DNA from: Hyphomicrobiales bacterium
Lineage (GTDB): Bacteria; Pseudomonadota; Alphaproteobacteria; Rhizobiales; Beijerinckiaceae
Assembly: GCA_947455995.1 (NCBI GenBank)
Contig: CANGQA010000005.1
Span: 1,599-65,598, forward strand
Length of the DNA: 64,000 bases
Direction: 5' to 3'
Below, piece by piece: positions 20,628 to 29,401 of this stretch (the first letter of the stretch is position 1; each line of letters opens with the position of its first letter). Under the pieces are notes generated by a model that did no database searches, had not been told where the DNA came from, and was given only the letters and a program-made list of their open reading frames with translations. The translations under genes were made by a program, and so were the position numbers.

Positions 20628-21716
20628 CTATTTCTGCTGGTGATTGAGCGGAGGCGGGGTCACCGAATCATCTGGAGCATCAATGCCGAAGCGCTCCCCG
20701 ATCAGATAAAGCGGCCGCCGTTTGACCTCGGCAAAGATCCGGCCGATATATTCGCCCAACACGCCGAGTGAAAGAAGCTGGATACCCGAAAAAAACATGA
20801 TCGAAACAATCAAAGAGGCGTAGCCTGGCACATCGACACCCAAAACAGCCGTTCTGACGACATAGACTGTGCCAGTCAGAAAGGCGAAGAAGGAGATAAT
20901 GGCCCCGATAAAGGTCCAGATTTTAAGCGGAAGGGTTGAAAACGAGGTGATGCCGTCAAAGGCGAAGCTGAACAGCCGGGTATAATTGAAGGTGGAATGG
21001 CCATGGGCACGCTCCTCGATCTCGAAGGGGACGCCGATGACCTTGAACCCGACCCAGGCATAAAGCCCCTTGGAAAAACGGGCCCGCTCGCCCATCGCCC
21101 GCAAGGCATTGACGGCGCGGCGGTCGAGCAAACGGAAATCACCCCCACCCGGAGGCAGAGGCGTTTCGCCGGTGGCGGCGAATAATTTATAGAACCATTC
21201 CGAAAGCTTGCCGCGTAATTTGCTGTCCGTCTCGCGGTCCTGCCGCTGGCCATAGACAACCTGATAGCCCTCGCGCCATTTGGCAACAAATTCTGCGATG
21301 ACTTCGGGCGGATGCTGCAAATCGGCATCGATGATGACGGTGGCCTTGCCGCGCGCATGGTCAAGCCCCGCCGCAATGGCGATTTCCTTGCCGAAATTGC
21401 GACTGAATGACAGGCCACGATAGCGTGGATCAGCCTGATGCAGCAATGCAATCTGGTGGGCGGTGTCGTCCCGCGAGCCGTCATCAATCACCAAAACCTC
21501 GAAATCCGGATCAATCGCTTCCAGCACAGGGGTCAAGCGACCGGCCAGCATGGGCAAATTGCGTCCTTCGTTGAAGGCCGGAATCACGATGCTCAGCACA
21601 ACAGACGGCTCATTTGTTCCGGATGCAGGCAGGGCCGTATGGGTCTCGACTAAGCTGGACACTCGAAATCTCTCCAGAAACTCACAAGAGACCATCCCCT
21701 TGGGGTTCTCTCTCAT
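20628..21716 (-). CDS. Family 2 glycosyltransferase, polyprenyl-phosphate sugar transferase type (ArnC/GtrB/DPM1-like)
   Basis: It has LSIVIPAFNEGRNL, VLVIDDGSRDDT and IIDADLQHPPE motifs plus two C-terminal TM helices. The exact start is uncertain. Confidence 0.8.
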   Translation of the reverse strand: MRENPKGMVSCEFLERFRVSSLVETHTALPASGTNEPSVVLSIVIPAFNEGRNLPMLAGRLTPVLEAIDPDFEVLVIDDGSRDDTAHQIALLHQADPRYRGLSFSRNFGKEIAIAAGLDHARGKATVIIDADLQHPPEVIAEFVAKWREGYQVVYGQRQDRETDSKLRGKLSEWFYKLFAATGETPLPPGGGDFRLLDRRAVNALRAMGERARFSKGLYAWVGFKVIGVPFEIEERAHGHSTFNYTRLFSFAFDGITSFSTLPLKIWTFIGAIISFFAFLTGTVYVVRTAVLGVDVPGYASLIVSIMFFSGIQLLSLGVLGEYIGRIFAEVKRRPLYLIGERFGIDAPDDSVTPPPLNHQQK

Positions 21717-21850
21717 GTCATGTTATGCGGTGGTTTGAGGCTTTTGTCATCTCCAAAGGCAGAAGGCCTCATTCCGTGCTGATGATATGCTTTTATATCG
21801 GGCAAGATGAATGGTTGTTGAATGAAAGTGGTTTCGGGTAAGAATGATCC

Positions 21851-22732
21851 ATGACCCTCATTTTGCCAGACGCACACTTATCCGGCCCGACCGTGCCACT
21901 GCTGCTCATTGCCGATGATTTCGGCCTGACACCGGCCATCAGTGCAAGCATCCTGACACTGATCAAAGCCGGGCGGCTTTCCGGCACCGGCGCGATGACG
22001 AATTGTCCGGATTGGGCGGCCAGTGCCCCGGCTCTGGCGGATTTACGCCACCAGGCCGATGCAGGGCTGCATCTTAACCTGACGGCATTGTCTCCCCTGG
22101 GGCCAATGCCTTATGTCTGCCCGCAAGGCCATTTTCCTGGTTTGGCACAGGTGGCCCGTTTGGCTTTGTTCCATAGGGCGGTGCGAGAGGAAATAAGGCA
22201 GGAAATTATCCGCCAAATCGATGCCTTTGCCCGGCATTATGGGTCGTTGCCGTTGTTTATCGATGGGCACCGCCATGTCCATGTGCTGCCGGGGGTCCGC
22301 TCGGCGCTGTTTGATGCCCTGGCACATTATGGCGACGGCTATCGCCCGATGCTGCGCGATACCTATGACCAGCCGTGGAAAATTTTTGCGCGCGGGATTG
22401 TGCCGATCAAAGCAATGGTTATCGCTTTTCTGGCCTATGGTTTCGAGTCAGAGGCTACACGGCGCGGCTATCCGACCAATCAGGGCTTTGCCGGTGTGGG
22501 GCCCTTTGATCCCAAAAGAGATTTTGCAGCCGATATGCGCCGGTTCCTTCGCCACAAGAAGCCGCGTGGACTGGTGATGGTCCATCCGGGCCTGTCGCCT
22601 GACCCCGATCTGGTCGGCATCGACGGGGTGATCGCCACGCGCCCGATCGAACATGATGCGCTGATGTCCGATCATTTTCTGGACGATCTGGCCAAAGCGG
22701 GTTTCCATCTGGGGCGAGTCGAGACCGTATAA
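21851..22732 (+). CDS. YdjC/ChbG/HpnK-family carbohydrate deacetylase
   Basis: It has LIADDFGLTPAISASIL and IDGHRHVHVLP motifs. It is divergent from the ArnC-like GT2. Confidence 0.75.
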   Translation: MTLILPDAHLSGPTVPLLLIADDFGLTPAISASILTLIKAGRLSGTGAMTNCPDWAASAPALADLRHQADAGLHLNLTALSPLGPMPYVCPQGHFPGLAQVARLALFHRAVREEIRQEIIRQIDAFARHYGSLPLFIDGHRHVHVLPGVRSALFDALAHYGDGYRPMLRDTYDQPWKIFARGIVPIKAMVIAFLAYGFESEATRRGYPTNQGFAGVGPFDPKRDFAADMRRFLRHKKPRGLVMVHPGLSPDPDLVGIDGVIATRPIEHDALMSDHFLDDLAKAGFHLGRVETV

Positions 22733-22763
22733 AGCAAAAAACGGAGCCTTTCGGCTCCGTTTG
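22731..22763. terminator. Bidirectional intrinsic terminator between the ydjC-like gene and sod
   Basis: The hairpin is ACGGAGCC-TTTC-GGCTCCGT (22741-22760). An A-run lies on the left, giving a U-tail for the minus-strand sod transcript. TTT lies on the right. Confidence 0.7.
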
Positions 22764-22783
22764 ATGACCAAGACCCAAAGATC

Positions 22784-23380
22784 TTATTTGTGTGCTGCGG
22801 CAAACTGCTCAGCCACGTATTCCCAGTTGACCATGTGATCAATAAAGGCCTTCAAATAGTCGGAGCGACGGTTGCGATAGTCGATATAGTAGGAATGTTC
22901 CCATACATCGCAGCCAAGAATTGGGGTTGCGCCATGCACAAGCGGGCTTTCACCATTGGCTGTCTTGGTGGCAATCACCTTGCCGTCTTTGACTGCAAGC
23001 CATGACCAGCCTGAACCGAATTGCGTGACACCGGCCTGAATGAAGTCTTCCTTCATTTTTTCAACCGAGCCAAAACCGTCGATAATCGCTTTTTCCAGTT
23101 CGCCCGGGATGGAACCGCCACCATTGGGCTTCATCCAGTGCCAGAAATGCAAATGGTTGTAATGCTGGCCGGCATTATTGAACAGACCCGCATTCTTGCC
23201 GAAAGACCCCTTAACGACGTTTTCGAGTGACTGGCCTTCCCACTCCGAGCCCTTTAGCAGGTTGTTGCCATTGTTCACGTAAGCGAGATGGTGCTTATCA
23301 TGGTGGAATTCGAGGGTTTCGGCAGACATATAGGGACCAAGGGCATCATAGGCATATGGCAGTTCTGGCAATGAAAACAT
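22784..23380 (-). CDS. sodB: Fe/Mn superoxide dismutase (Fe-type features)
   Basis: The sequence MFSLPELPYAYDALGPYMSAETLEFHHDKHH, NNAGQHYNHLHFW and DVWEHSYYIDY identifies the family. The start is at the ATG at 23380. The longer track ORF is an upstream read-through. Confidence 0.9.
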   Translation of the reverse strand: MFSLPELPYAYDALGPYMSAETLEFHHDKHHLAYVNNGNNLLKGSEWEGQSLENVVKGSFGKNAGLFNNAGQHYNHLHFWHWMKPNGGGSIPGELEKAIIDGFGSVEKMKEDFIQAGVTQFGSGWSWLAVKDGKVIATKTANGESPLVHGATPILGCDVWEHSYYIDYRNRRSDYLKAFIDHMVNWEYVAEQFAAAHK

Positions 23381-23630
23381 CGGTGCTATCCTTCTGATTG
23401 ATGACTGTCGGGATGCAGACCGGGACTGTGGTATCCGGCCTGCAATCACGGTCGATTGGTTGGGCCATCTTATCCCGACCGAACCGTTCTTTTCTATACT
23501 TAAGGCGCAGATTGGTTTGGGGCAACAGACTTCAACGCACTTGATGCAATTTCCCAACCATGCCAATCAATTCCTGTAGCCAAGATGACAAAGCCCGTCA
23601 GCGGGCGATGCGTGCGAGGGAAGGGCCGGA

Positions 23631-24518
23631 GTGATGTTCAAAGCGGTGTTGGCATTGGCCACCATGATGGTGGCATCAGGCGGCTTTGCCATTTTCAATG
23701 GCATGGGCATGATCCTGAATGAGCGTGGCTGGACACAGGTGATCGGCGGCACATTTGTTTTGTCCACAGGCTTGTTGATCCTTTCACTTGCCGCATTGCT
23801 GACCCATGCCCGCAAACTTTTTGCGCCTGCAATACAGATCCCTCAACCTCAACCTGCCCCTCAACCTCAACTTGCCCCTCAACCTGCCCCCGATATGCCC
23901 GTGCAGCCGGTCGAGCAGGTTTTGCCAACCCCGATAGAGCCTGCTGATCGTCCTAGAGGGGTGACTGAAGATACGATCCATCACGCTGGCGGCCACCACG
24001 ATCAACTGCCGTCAGCCAAACCTCATTCCGATTTTGGCGCCGCTCATGAACCGATGGCCGCTTTTGCCGAGACATTCGAGCGGGACTATCCTGCCGCCGT
24101 ATCGGCCTATAAGCCGGCGCGACATCACAATGTTGCCCAGGAGAGATCAGCGCATGATCTTCTCAGTGATTTGGTCCCGCCGCCGGTTCCGATGCCCGTG
24201 GCTAAACCCGATGAGTGGAGCCAACAGGCTGACTGGCGGCCCGAGCAGCCGTCCCTGCTGGATAACCTCGCTCAAACCGCTTCTTATCAAACCCGCTATG
24301 AGCCTGTACGCCCGACCATGCCGCCTGCACCGCCAATCAGACGCGAATTGGTGGCCAGCTACACCGCAGGAGGTGTAGGCTATTTCATGTATTCAGACGA
24401 GACCATCGAAGCTGAAATGGCGATTGGGCGTTATCGTTTTGCCTCGATGGATGAATTGCGCCATTTTGTCGAAACCAATGAAGGCGGCGTCAAAGTCGGC
24501 GAATCCACCCAGATCTGA
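23631..24518 (+). CDS. Hypothetical membrane protein with a Pro/Gln-rich repeat linker
   Basis: It has two N-terminal TM helices, a PQPQPAPQPQLAPQPAP repeat and a C-terminal globular region (YTAGGVGYFMYSDETIEAEMAIGRYRFASMDELRHFVE). I do not recognise the family. Confidence 0.55.
   Translation: MMFKAVLALATMMVASGGFAIFNGMGMILNERGWTQVIGGTFVLSTGLLILSLAALLTHARKLFAPAIQIPQPQPAPQPQLAPQPAPDMPVQPVEQVLPTPIEPADRPRGVTEDTIHHAGGHHDQLPSAKPHSDFGAAHEPMAAFAETFERDYPAAVSAYKPARHHNVAQERSAHDLLSDLVPPPVPMPVAKPDEWSQQADWRPEQPSLLDNLAQTASYQTRYEPVRPTMPPAPPIRRELVASYTAGGVGYFMYSDETIEAEMAIGRYRFASMDELRHFVETNEGGVKVGESTQI
23841..23890 (+). repeat. In-frame 18-bp tandem repeat (about 2.7 copies) encoding PQPQ(P/L)A
   Basis: The units are CCTCAACCTCAACCTGCC, CCTCAACCTCAACTTGCC and CCTCAACCTGCCCC. 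Confidence 0.85.
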
Positions 24519-24526
24519 GCATAATT

Positions 24527-24979
24527 TCAATCGCGCGGCTTGAAATCCAATGCCACGCCATTGGTGCAATAGCGTTGGCCTGTAGGACGGGGGCCATCAG
24601 GAAAAACATGCCCGATATGGCTATCGCAGCGCCCGCAGCGGATTTCGATTCTGTGCATTCCGAAACTGCGATCCTCATGTTCGACAATCGCATCCGCTGA
24701 AACCGGCTGGAAAAAGCTCGGCCAGCCCGAACCTGATTCGTATTTCGTATCAGATTTGAATAAGGGCTGATCACAGGCCACACAATGAAAGAAGCCGGAG
24801 CGTTTTTCATCAAGCCAAGGGCCGGAAAAGGCTCTCTCTGTGCCATGTTGACGGGTTACCCGAAACTGTTCGGGCGTGAGACGGGCCTGCCATTCGGCAT
24901 CACTGAGGGTCAGGCGATCGTTTTTCGGAGTGTTCATTGTCGGTGCCGTGGCGGCGTTGTCTTCTTTAGAGTTGTTCAT
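24527..24979 (-). CDS. msrB: Peptide-methionine (R)-S-oxide reductase
   Basis: It has [10 protein letters not shown] and [17 protein letters not shown] (a zinc CXXC pair plus the catalytic region) and GSGWPSF. Confidence 0.95.
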   Translation of the reverse strand: MNNSKEDNAATAPTMNTPKNDRLTLSDAEWQARLTPEQFRVTRQHGTERAFSGPWLDEKRSGFFHCVACDQPLFKSDTKYESGSGWPSFFQPVSADAIVEHEDRSFGMHRIEIRCGRCDSHIGHVFPDGPRPTGQRYCTNGVALDFKPRD

Positions 24980-25303
24980 ATATACACCTTAAGGTTGTAA
25001 ATAAATGACTAGTGGTTGATTAACTCGTTCGTTTGGAGATAAATTTAACCTATTTTATATAGTTTATGTGCATTATGACTTGATGACGACAGATATTTTC
25101 ACTATCAAGAAAAATAATCTATTAAGATGTTATTTGCAAAATGTCTTTTGTTAAACAATTAATTGTCCAAGCGTCGATGATTTGTAGGTCCCTCAGAGGA
25201 TGCATACTCTGGCAAGTTTGTTTTGCAATGTTAACGCGTGTCGATCCTATCTGAGCATTGCAAGCCTAACAGTTTAATCAGCTTGCTTTTGGAGAATAAC
25301 ATT
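24980..25303. promoter_or_regulatory. AT-rich divergent msrB / mucR control region
   Basis: This 324-bp intergenic stretch is far more AT-rich than the flanking DNA. It contains a perfect 12-bp palindrome, ACAATTAATTGT, at 25155-25166, and a GGAGA Shine-Dalgarno at 25291-25295. Confidence 0.5.
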
Positions 25304-25717
25304 ATGAGCGATCAACCAGACCAATATGGTCATACAATTGATGCCACTGCCGAGATTGTCTCGGCCTATATTAGTCACAATAGTATCTCGTGGCATGATT
25401 TGCCTGCCTTGATTAAGAGTGTCCATACTGGCCTGCGGGCTTTGGAAAGTAGCGAACCGATGGTTGCCGTCGAGAGTCATAATCCCGCTGTGCCGGTTAA
25501 GAAATCTGTATTCCAAGATCATATCATCTGTCTTGAAGACGGGAAAAGTTTCAAGTCGCTCAAGCGCCATTTGCAGGCCCATTACGGCCTGACACCGGAT
25601 CAATACCGGCAGAAATGGGGCTTGCCCGATAATTATCCCATGGTGGCCCCTGATTACACGCAGAAGCGGTCAATGCTGGCCAAGAAAATGGGTCTTGGAC
25701 GCAAGGCAGGCACATAA
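25304..25717 (+). CDS. mucR: Ros/MucR family zinc-finger transcriptional regulator
   Basis: ICLEDGKSFKSLKRHLQAHYGLTPDQYRQKWGLPDNYPMVAPDYTQKRSMLAKKMGLGRK is the hallmark Ros/MucR domain. Asp replaces the second Cys. Confidence 0.95.
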   Translation: MSDQPDQYGHTIDATAEIVSAYISHNSISWHDLPALIKSVHTGLRALESSEPMVAVESHNPAVPVKKSVFQDHIICLEDGKSFKSLKRHLQAHYGLTPDQYRQKWGLPDNYPMVAPDYTQKRSMLAKKMGLGRKAGT

Positions 25718-25766
25718 GCGGGGCCTTTGGTCCGGTCATTCCGGCCCAACAACTGGTCAACTATGA

Positions 25767-25797
25767 AAAGGGCAGCATGGGCTGCCCTTTTGTTTGT
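25767..25797 (+). terminator. Intrinsic terminator of mucR
   Basis: A 10-bp stem (AAAGGGCAGC-ATGG-GCTGCCCTTT) is followed by TGTTTGT. Confidence 0.8.
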
Positions 25798-25818
25798 GCA
25801 TGCAGAGCTGGTCGGTGG

Positions 25819-26184
25819 CTAGTCTTTGCAGTCCGATCTCATGCTGCGCCATAACTGGCATTCGGCCCGCCATGCCTGCAACAATGCAATGTGGCGGTTG
25901 ACATCATAATGCGTCTGGTTGCGGTCCAGCCCGGATTGATGCGCCTTGCGCCTTTGTTGCTGCAACGCTTTGCGCAACCTCTCCAAAACCTTTGCTGTCA
26001 TCGCAGGCTCATCGCCTTGTAAATCTGTAGGCCAAATCCGCAGCAAAGGCGGCAGATGCTGAATCCGCACATAGCGTTTGACCCCTGCCTCGATGGTGGC
26101 ATCGACAGCCCGCCAAGCCTGTATCCTCATGATGTGATCAAGCGCTCCATTCACCAGACCTGAAGGGGTGTGAGCTAGGGTCAT
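25819..26184 (-). CDS. Conserved-looking hypothetical protein (121 aa)
   Basis: The ATG at 26184 has a GGAG Shine-Dalgarno 9 nt upstream. The protein is helical and basic (RLRKALQQQRRKAHQ...HYDVNRHIALLQAWRAE). I do not confidently recognise the family. Confidence 0.55.
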   Translation of the reverse strand: MTLAHTPSGLVNGALDHIMRIQAWRAVDATIEAGVKRYVRIQHLPPLLRIWPTDLQGDEPAMTAKVLERLRKALQQQRRKAHQSGLDRNQTHYDVNRHIALLQAWRAECQLWRSMRSDCKD

Positions 26185-26272
26185 AGGTTTTTTCTCCAAA
26201 ATATATTGACAATTTACCTATTATACGAAAATAATCCTATATTACAAATGTCTTGTTGTTCACCTATCCCTA

Positions 26273-27151
26273 ATGGAGCCAACCATGACCCATTCCTTGC
26301 CTGTCCTGACCCCGAATTCTAACCCTCACGAAGGGCCTGTCCGTGCCTTGAGCGATCATTATTGCGGCCTCACGGTGCAGGCGCAGCAGGTGCTTGCGCT
26401 ATTGGCGCAGCCCGATTGCTATGGCCGGACGGCACTGGTCGCGGGCAAGGTCAGCGTGATCGGCAAACGTGGCGGAATCTCGCTGGTGGTCGGGCAGGTC
26501 GAGCTGACACAGATTGATTCGCTGGTCACATCGGGCCATCTCATCCGTGTCGGTCATGGGGAGGGTCTCATCTATCGCGTTGCCCGCCGGCAACAGGCCC
26601 ATGCGACACAATCGGCACAAGAGGCCGTAGCGAAAAGACCCAAATTCCAGACGAGACAGGAAAAAAGGGTGCGTGTTGCGCAGGAAAGTCCACTGCTGTG
26701 GTTGGCGCGTCGCAAAGATAAAAGCGGACATGCCATGATTTCAGCCACAGCTCTTGCTGCGGGCGAGCGGTTGCAACAAGATTTCATCCAGGCCGGAATG
26801 AGCCCAAATATGAGCTCGGACTGGTCAGGCATGCCTGTAAGAGGTGCAGGACATGCTGGCAGCGCCTTGCTGCATAGCGAACGCCATATGGCTGCCTTAC
26901 AAAGGTTGCGGAAGGCTTTGGATGCTTGCGGCAGTGAACTTGCCGGGGTGTTGCTGGACCTGTGTTGTTTTCTCAAACCAATCGAGGTTGTGGAACAGGA
27001 ACGGGGCTGGCCCGCGCGATCGGGCAAGGTGATCCTGAAATTGGCTCTGTCAGCCCTTATGCGCCACTACGGTTTGTCAGAATATGCGCAAGGGTCGTCC
27101 CGCCCAGCCAAGCATTCTATCTGGCGCGCGTCCGATCAGCAGGCCGATTGA
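26273..27151 (+). CDS. Hypothetical protein (292 aa), possible C-terminal helix-turn-helix-like region
   Basis: This long ORF has normal codon bias and is divergent from the 121-aa gene. The central motif is ESPLLWLARRKDKSGHAMISATALAAGERLQQDF. The C-terminus is GWPARSGKVILKLALSALMRHYGL. An alternative start is the ATG at 26285, behind a GGAG. Confidence 0.55.
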   Translation: MEPTMTHSLPVLTPNSNPHEGPVRALSDHYCGLTVQAQQVLALLAQPDCYGRTALVAGKVSVIGKRGGISLVVGQVELTQIDSLVTSGHLIRVGHGEGLIYRVARRQQAHATQSAQEAVAKRPKFQTRQEKRVRVAQESPLLWLARRKDKSGHAMISATALAAGERLQQDFIQAGMSPNMSSDWSGMPVRGAGHAGSALLHSERHMAALQRLRKALDACGSELAGVLLDLCCFLKPIEVVEQERGWPARSGKVILKLALSALMRHYGLSEYAQGSSRPAKHSIWRASDQQAD

Positions 27152-27157
27152 TCAGGG

Positions 27158-27583
27158 TCAGGCCAAGGCCTGCGTGGCATCACGGCGGATGCGTTCCACC
27201 ATCGAACGCACGCCGTTGGAGCGTTGCGGGGTGAGATGTTCGGAAAGTTCCAGCTGTTTGAACAGTCCCATCACATCGCTGGACAGCACGTCTTGCGGAG
27301 CTTTCCCATCGTAAAAGCTGAGGACCAATGCCACCAGACCCTTGACGATATGGGCATCGCTATCACCCCGGAACCGGAGCAAAGGTGAGCCATCGGGCCG
27401 TTGCGTCAGACGAGTGACCAACCAGACCTGACTGGCACATCCGCGCACGCGATTGTGTTCTGAGCGCTCTTCGTCCAGTAGGGGAGCAAGCGAACGCCCC
27501 ATCTCGATCAGATAGCGATAACGGTCTTCCCATGTATCAAGCATGTCGAAGGTGGCTATCACATCGTCAATTTGAAGCGTCAT
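27158..27583 (-). CDS. sufE: SufE-family sulfur acceptor protein
   Basis: The sequence WEDRYRYLIEMGRSL...NRVRGCASQVWLV contains the conserved Cys loop. Confidence 0.9.
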   Translation of the reverse strand: MTLQIDDVIATFDMLDTWEDRYRYLIEMGRSLAPLLDEERSEHNRVRGCASQVWLVTRLTQRPDGSPLLRFRGDSDAHIVKGLVALVLSFYDGKAPQDVLSSDVMGLFKQLELSEHLTPQRSNGVRSMVERIRRDATQALA

Positions 27584-27622
27584 CCGTCAGGCCCTTCGTT
27601 GGCAGTCAAAGCCTATTTAGGG

Positions 27623-28177
27623 CTATCGTTGAACTTTGGCCACCATCTTCTCCGGGACAGCCTTCGGGGCTGGTGCGGCCACTTTCTCGATCAACGCACC
27701 GAGCACATCGGGTTGGGGAGCCACACGGCTTGCAGGACTTTGAGGCTTGTTTTTGTCTTTGGCGTTTTCGATCGGTTGGGCAGTGGTGGTTTTGGATGAT
27801 ACGGCGCTAGCGGCAGAGGCAGCTGCGGATCTGGCAATTTCGGCACAAAGCCCTGGATTTGCCAGACATAAATCCTTGCCCAAAGCGATCAGATCGCCGA
27901 TCTGGTCGGCTTGATGAGGACCGGTGGATGCTGCGGCTGTTTGAACGGGTTTCGATGGCTCTTTGACCGGACGGCCACCGGTGACCATCGCGAGCGCTGC
28001 GGCCTGACTGGCCTGAATGGCCGAGGCCTCAATAACCGGTGTGGTTTTCTGGCCCTGAATGGTGGTTTTTCCATTCGGATGGCTTGTTGACGGCAAGGTG
28101 GTGGCGTCCAGCCTGACAGGCGATAACGCGTAAATCGTGCCGATCACCAGAATGGAGCGAAACATCGAGCCGAACAT
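27623..28177 (-). CDS. Secreted or membrane-anchored hypothetical protein
   Basis: It has an N-terminal signal or anchor (MFRSILVIGTIYALSPV) followed by a low-complexity Ala/Pro/Thr-rich region. Confidence 0.5.
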   Translation of the reverse strand: MFGSMFRSILVIGTIYALSPVRLDATTLPSTSHPNGKTTIQGQKTTPVIEASAIQASQAAALAMVTGGRPVKEPSKPVQTAAASTGPHQADQIGDLIALGKDLCLANPGLCAEIARSAAASAASAVSSKTTTAQPIENAKDKNKPQSPASRVAPQPDVLGALIEKVAAPAPKAVPEKMVAKVQR

Positions 28178-28484
28178 AAAAACCCTTCACATTCCATTTG
28201 CCCGAGGGCAAAGCACCAGCACGGTCCAAGGCTGGCTTATGAGAGAAAACACCGCGACTGGTCCACAAGACAGATGGTCATGACACGTGCTCAACAGACG
28301 TGCTGGTTTGTTGAACACCATATTGGCGGTGCTGGCGAGACCTTGATGCTTTGCATGGTTTACGATTGGTAACCGCTTGAGCGCGGCATTTTGGACAAAC
28401 CCTTGCCTCCTTAACGATCTTTTCCGCTGGTGCTGTCGATTTTCTGCCAAATCATTTATGTTGGCTTCAAGATAAAGGATTGTC

Positions 28485-29003
28485 ATGTACAAGCAGGCAG
28501 ACCAACAGCGCGGACACATCCCTACAGTGCCGCAACAACACGGATTTTTCCGCAGGCATCTGGTCCGGATGGTGCGGGCGGTGCTGCGTCGTCCAGCCCG
28601 TTTGGTGATAGGTCTTGTGGTTGCGGCGGCTTGTTTCGGGTTTTTGTTCAATGCACTGGTCCTGCAAGGCGGACGACATCCAGCACCATTGTTTACGCAA
28701 TGGGGCAGGGTGACCGAGGATCCGCTGCCCGTTCCCCGTCCTGTGCCTATGCCTCCTTCCGATCCGGTCGCCGCTTCGATCAAATCGGCTCCGGCAGGCG
28801 AGCCTGTCCGTGAGGTGCTGTTTGTCCAGCGCGCGCTCAACCGCCTGGGCTTTGGTCCCATCCAGCCTGACGGGGTAATGGGATTGGCGACACAGCAGGC
28901 GATTGACCGTTTCGCCAATGCCCGTAAATGGGGCAAACAGGATGGTATCAGCCGCCGCCTGATTGCCGAATTGTCTGAGGCCACTGGTCTGAAACCCGAA
29001 TGA
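28485..29003 (+). CDS. Peptidoglycan-binding (PG_binding_1) domain protein with an N-terminal TM anchor
   Basis: It has a TM segment (VIGLVVAAACFGFLFNALVL) and the motif VQRALNRLGFGPIQPDGVMGLATQQAIDRF. Confidence 0.7.
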   Translation: MYKQADQQRGHIPTVPQQHGFFRRHLVRMVRAVLRRPARLVIGLVVAAACFGFLFNALVLQGGRHPAPLFTQWGRVTEDPLPVPRPVPMPPSDPVAASIKSAPAGEPVREVLFVQRALNRLGFGPIQPDGVMGLATQQAIDRFANARKWGKQDGISRRLIAELSEATGLKPE

Positions 29004-29401
29004 GTATCCTGACGCGCTTGCGCTCCGATATCTGGGTCGACGCCTATCGTCGCAGGGCCGAGATTGCGGGCGGCTATGTCACGATCCGCCAGCGCGGCGC
29101 GGCGGAAGCGGGCGCAATCTTTCTGATTGTGACCAATAATGAGGGCGGATCACGCCTTTATGGCCCGGCCCCGCAATCATTGTATGACGAGGGTGCAACG
29201 TCCCGGCGTTTCATCGCACTCAACACCGAGAATTGGGACGCCTTGCAGGTGCAGACCATGCTGGACAAGCAGAAACGTTTTGATCCCGATCTCTGGTTGG
29301 TGGATGTGGACGACCGCGAGGGACGCCACTTCTTACTGGATGACGAGCAGGACATGACCACACAAACCATCCCGCCAGCACCCGGCTTTTGGAGGACATG
29401 A
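29000..29401 (+). CDS. DUF1491 family protein
   Basis: [38 protein letters not shown] is typical of the alphaproteobacterial DUF1491 family. The ATG overlaps the upstream stop. Confidence 0.7.
   Translation: MSILTRLRSDIWVDAYRRRAEIAGGYVTIRQRGAAEAGAIFLIVTNNEGGSRLYGPAPQSLYDEGATSRRFIALNTENWDALQVQTMLDKQKRFDPDLWLVDVDDREGRHFLLDDEQDMTTQTIPPAPGFWRT

Noticed and set aside
26231-26242. The 12-mer ATAATCCTATAT is shared, in inverted orientation, with 29933-29944 in the region upstream of the GTA.
   Set aside because: In a 64-kb window read on both strands, many exact 12-mer coincidences are expected by chance, especially between AT-rich segments. This is not enough to call a shared operator, although the palindrome at 29929-29940 is reported separately.
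28187-28984. A 265-aa reverse ORF opposite the PG-binding protein gene and the 300-bp intergenic region 28178-28484.
   Set aside because: It is antisense to a gene with a clear PG_binding_1 motif and its sequence is Arg/Cys/Pro-rich junk. The intergenic region has only a short hairpin (TTTGCCC-GAG-GGCAAA, 28196-28211), which I could not tie to any RNA family.
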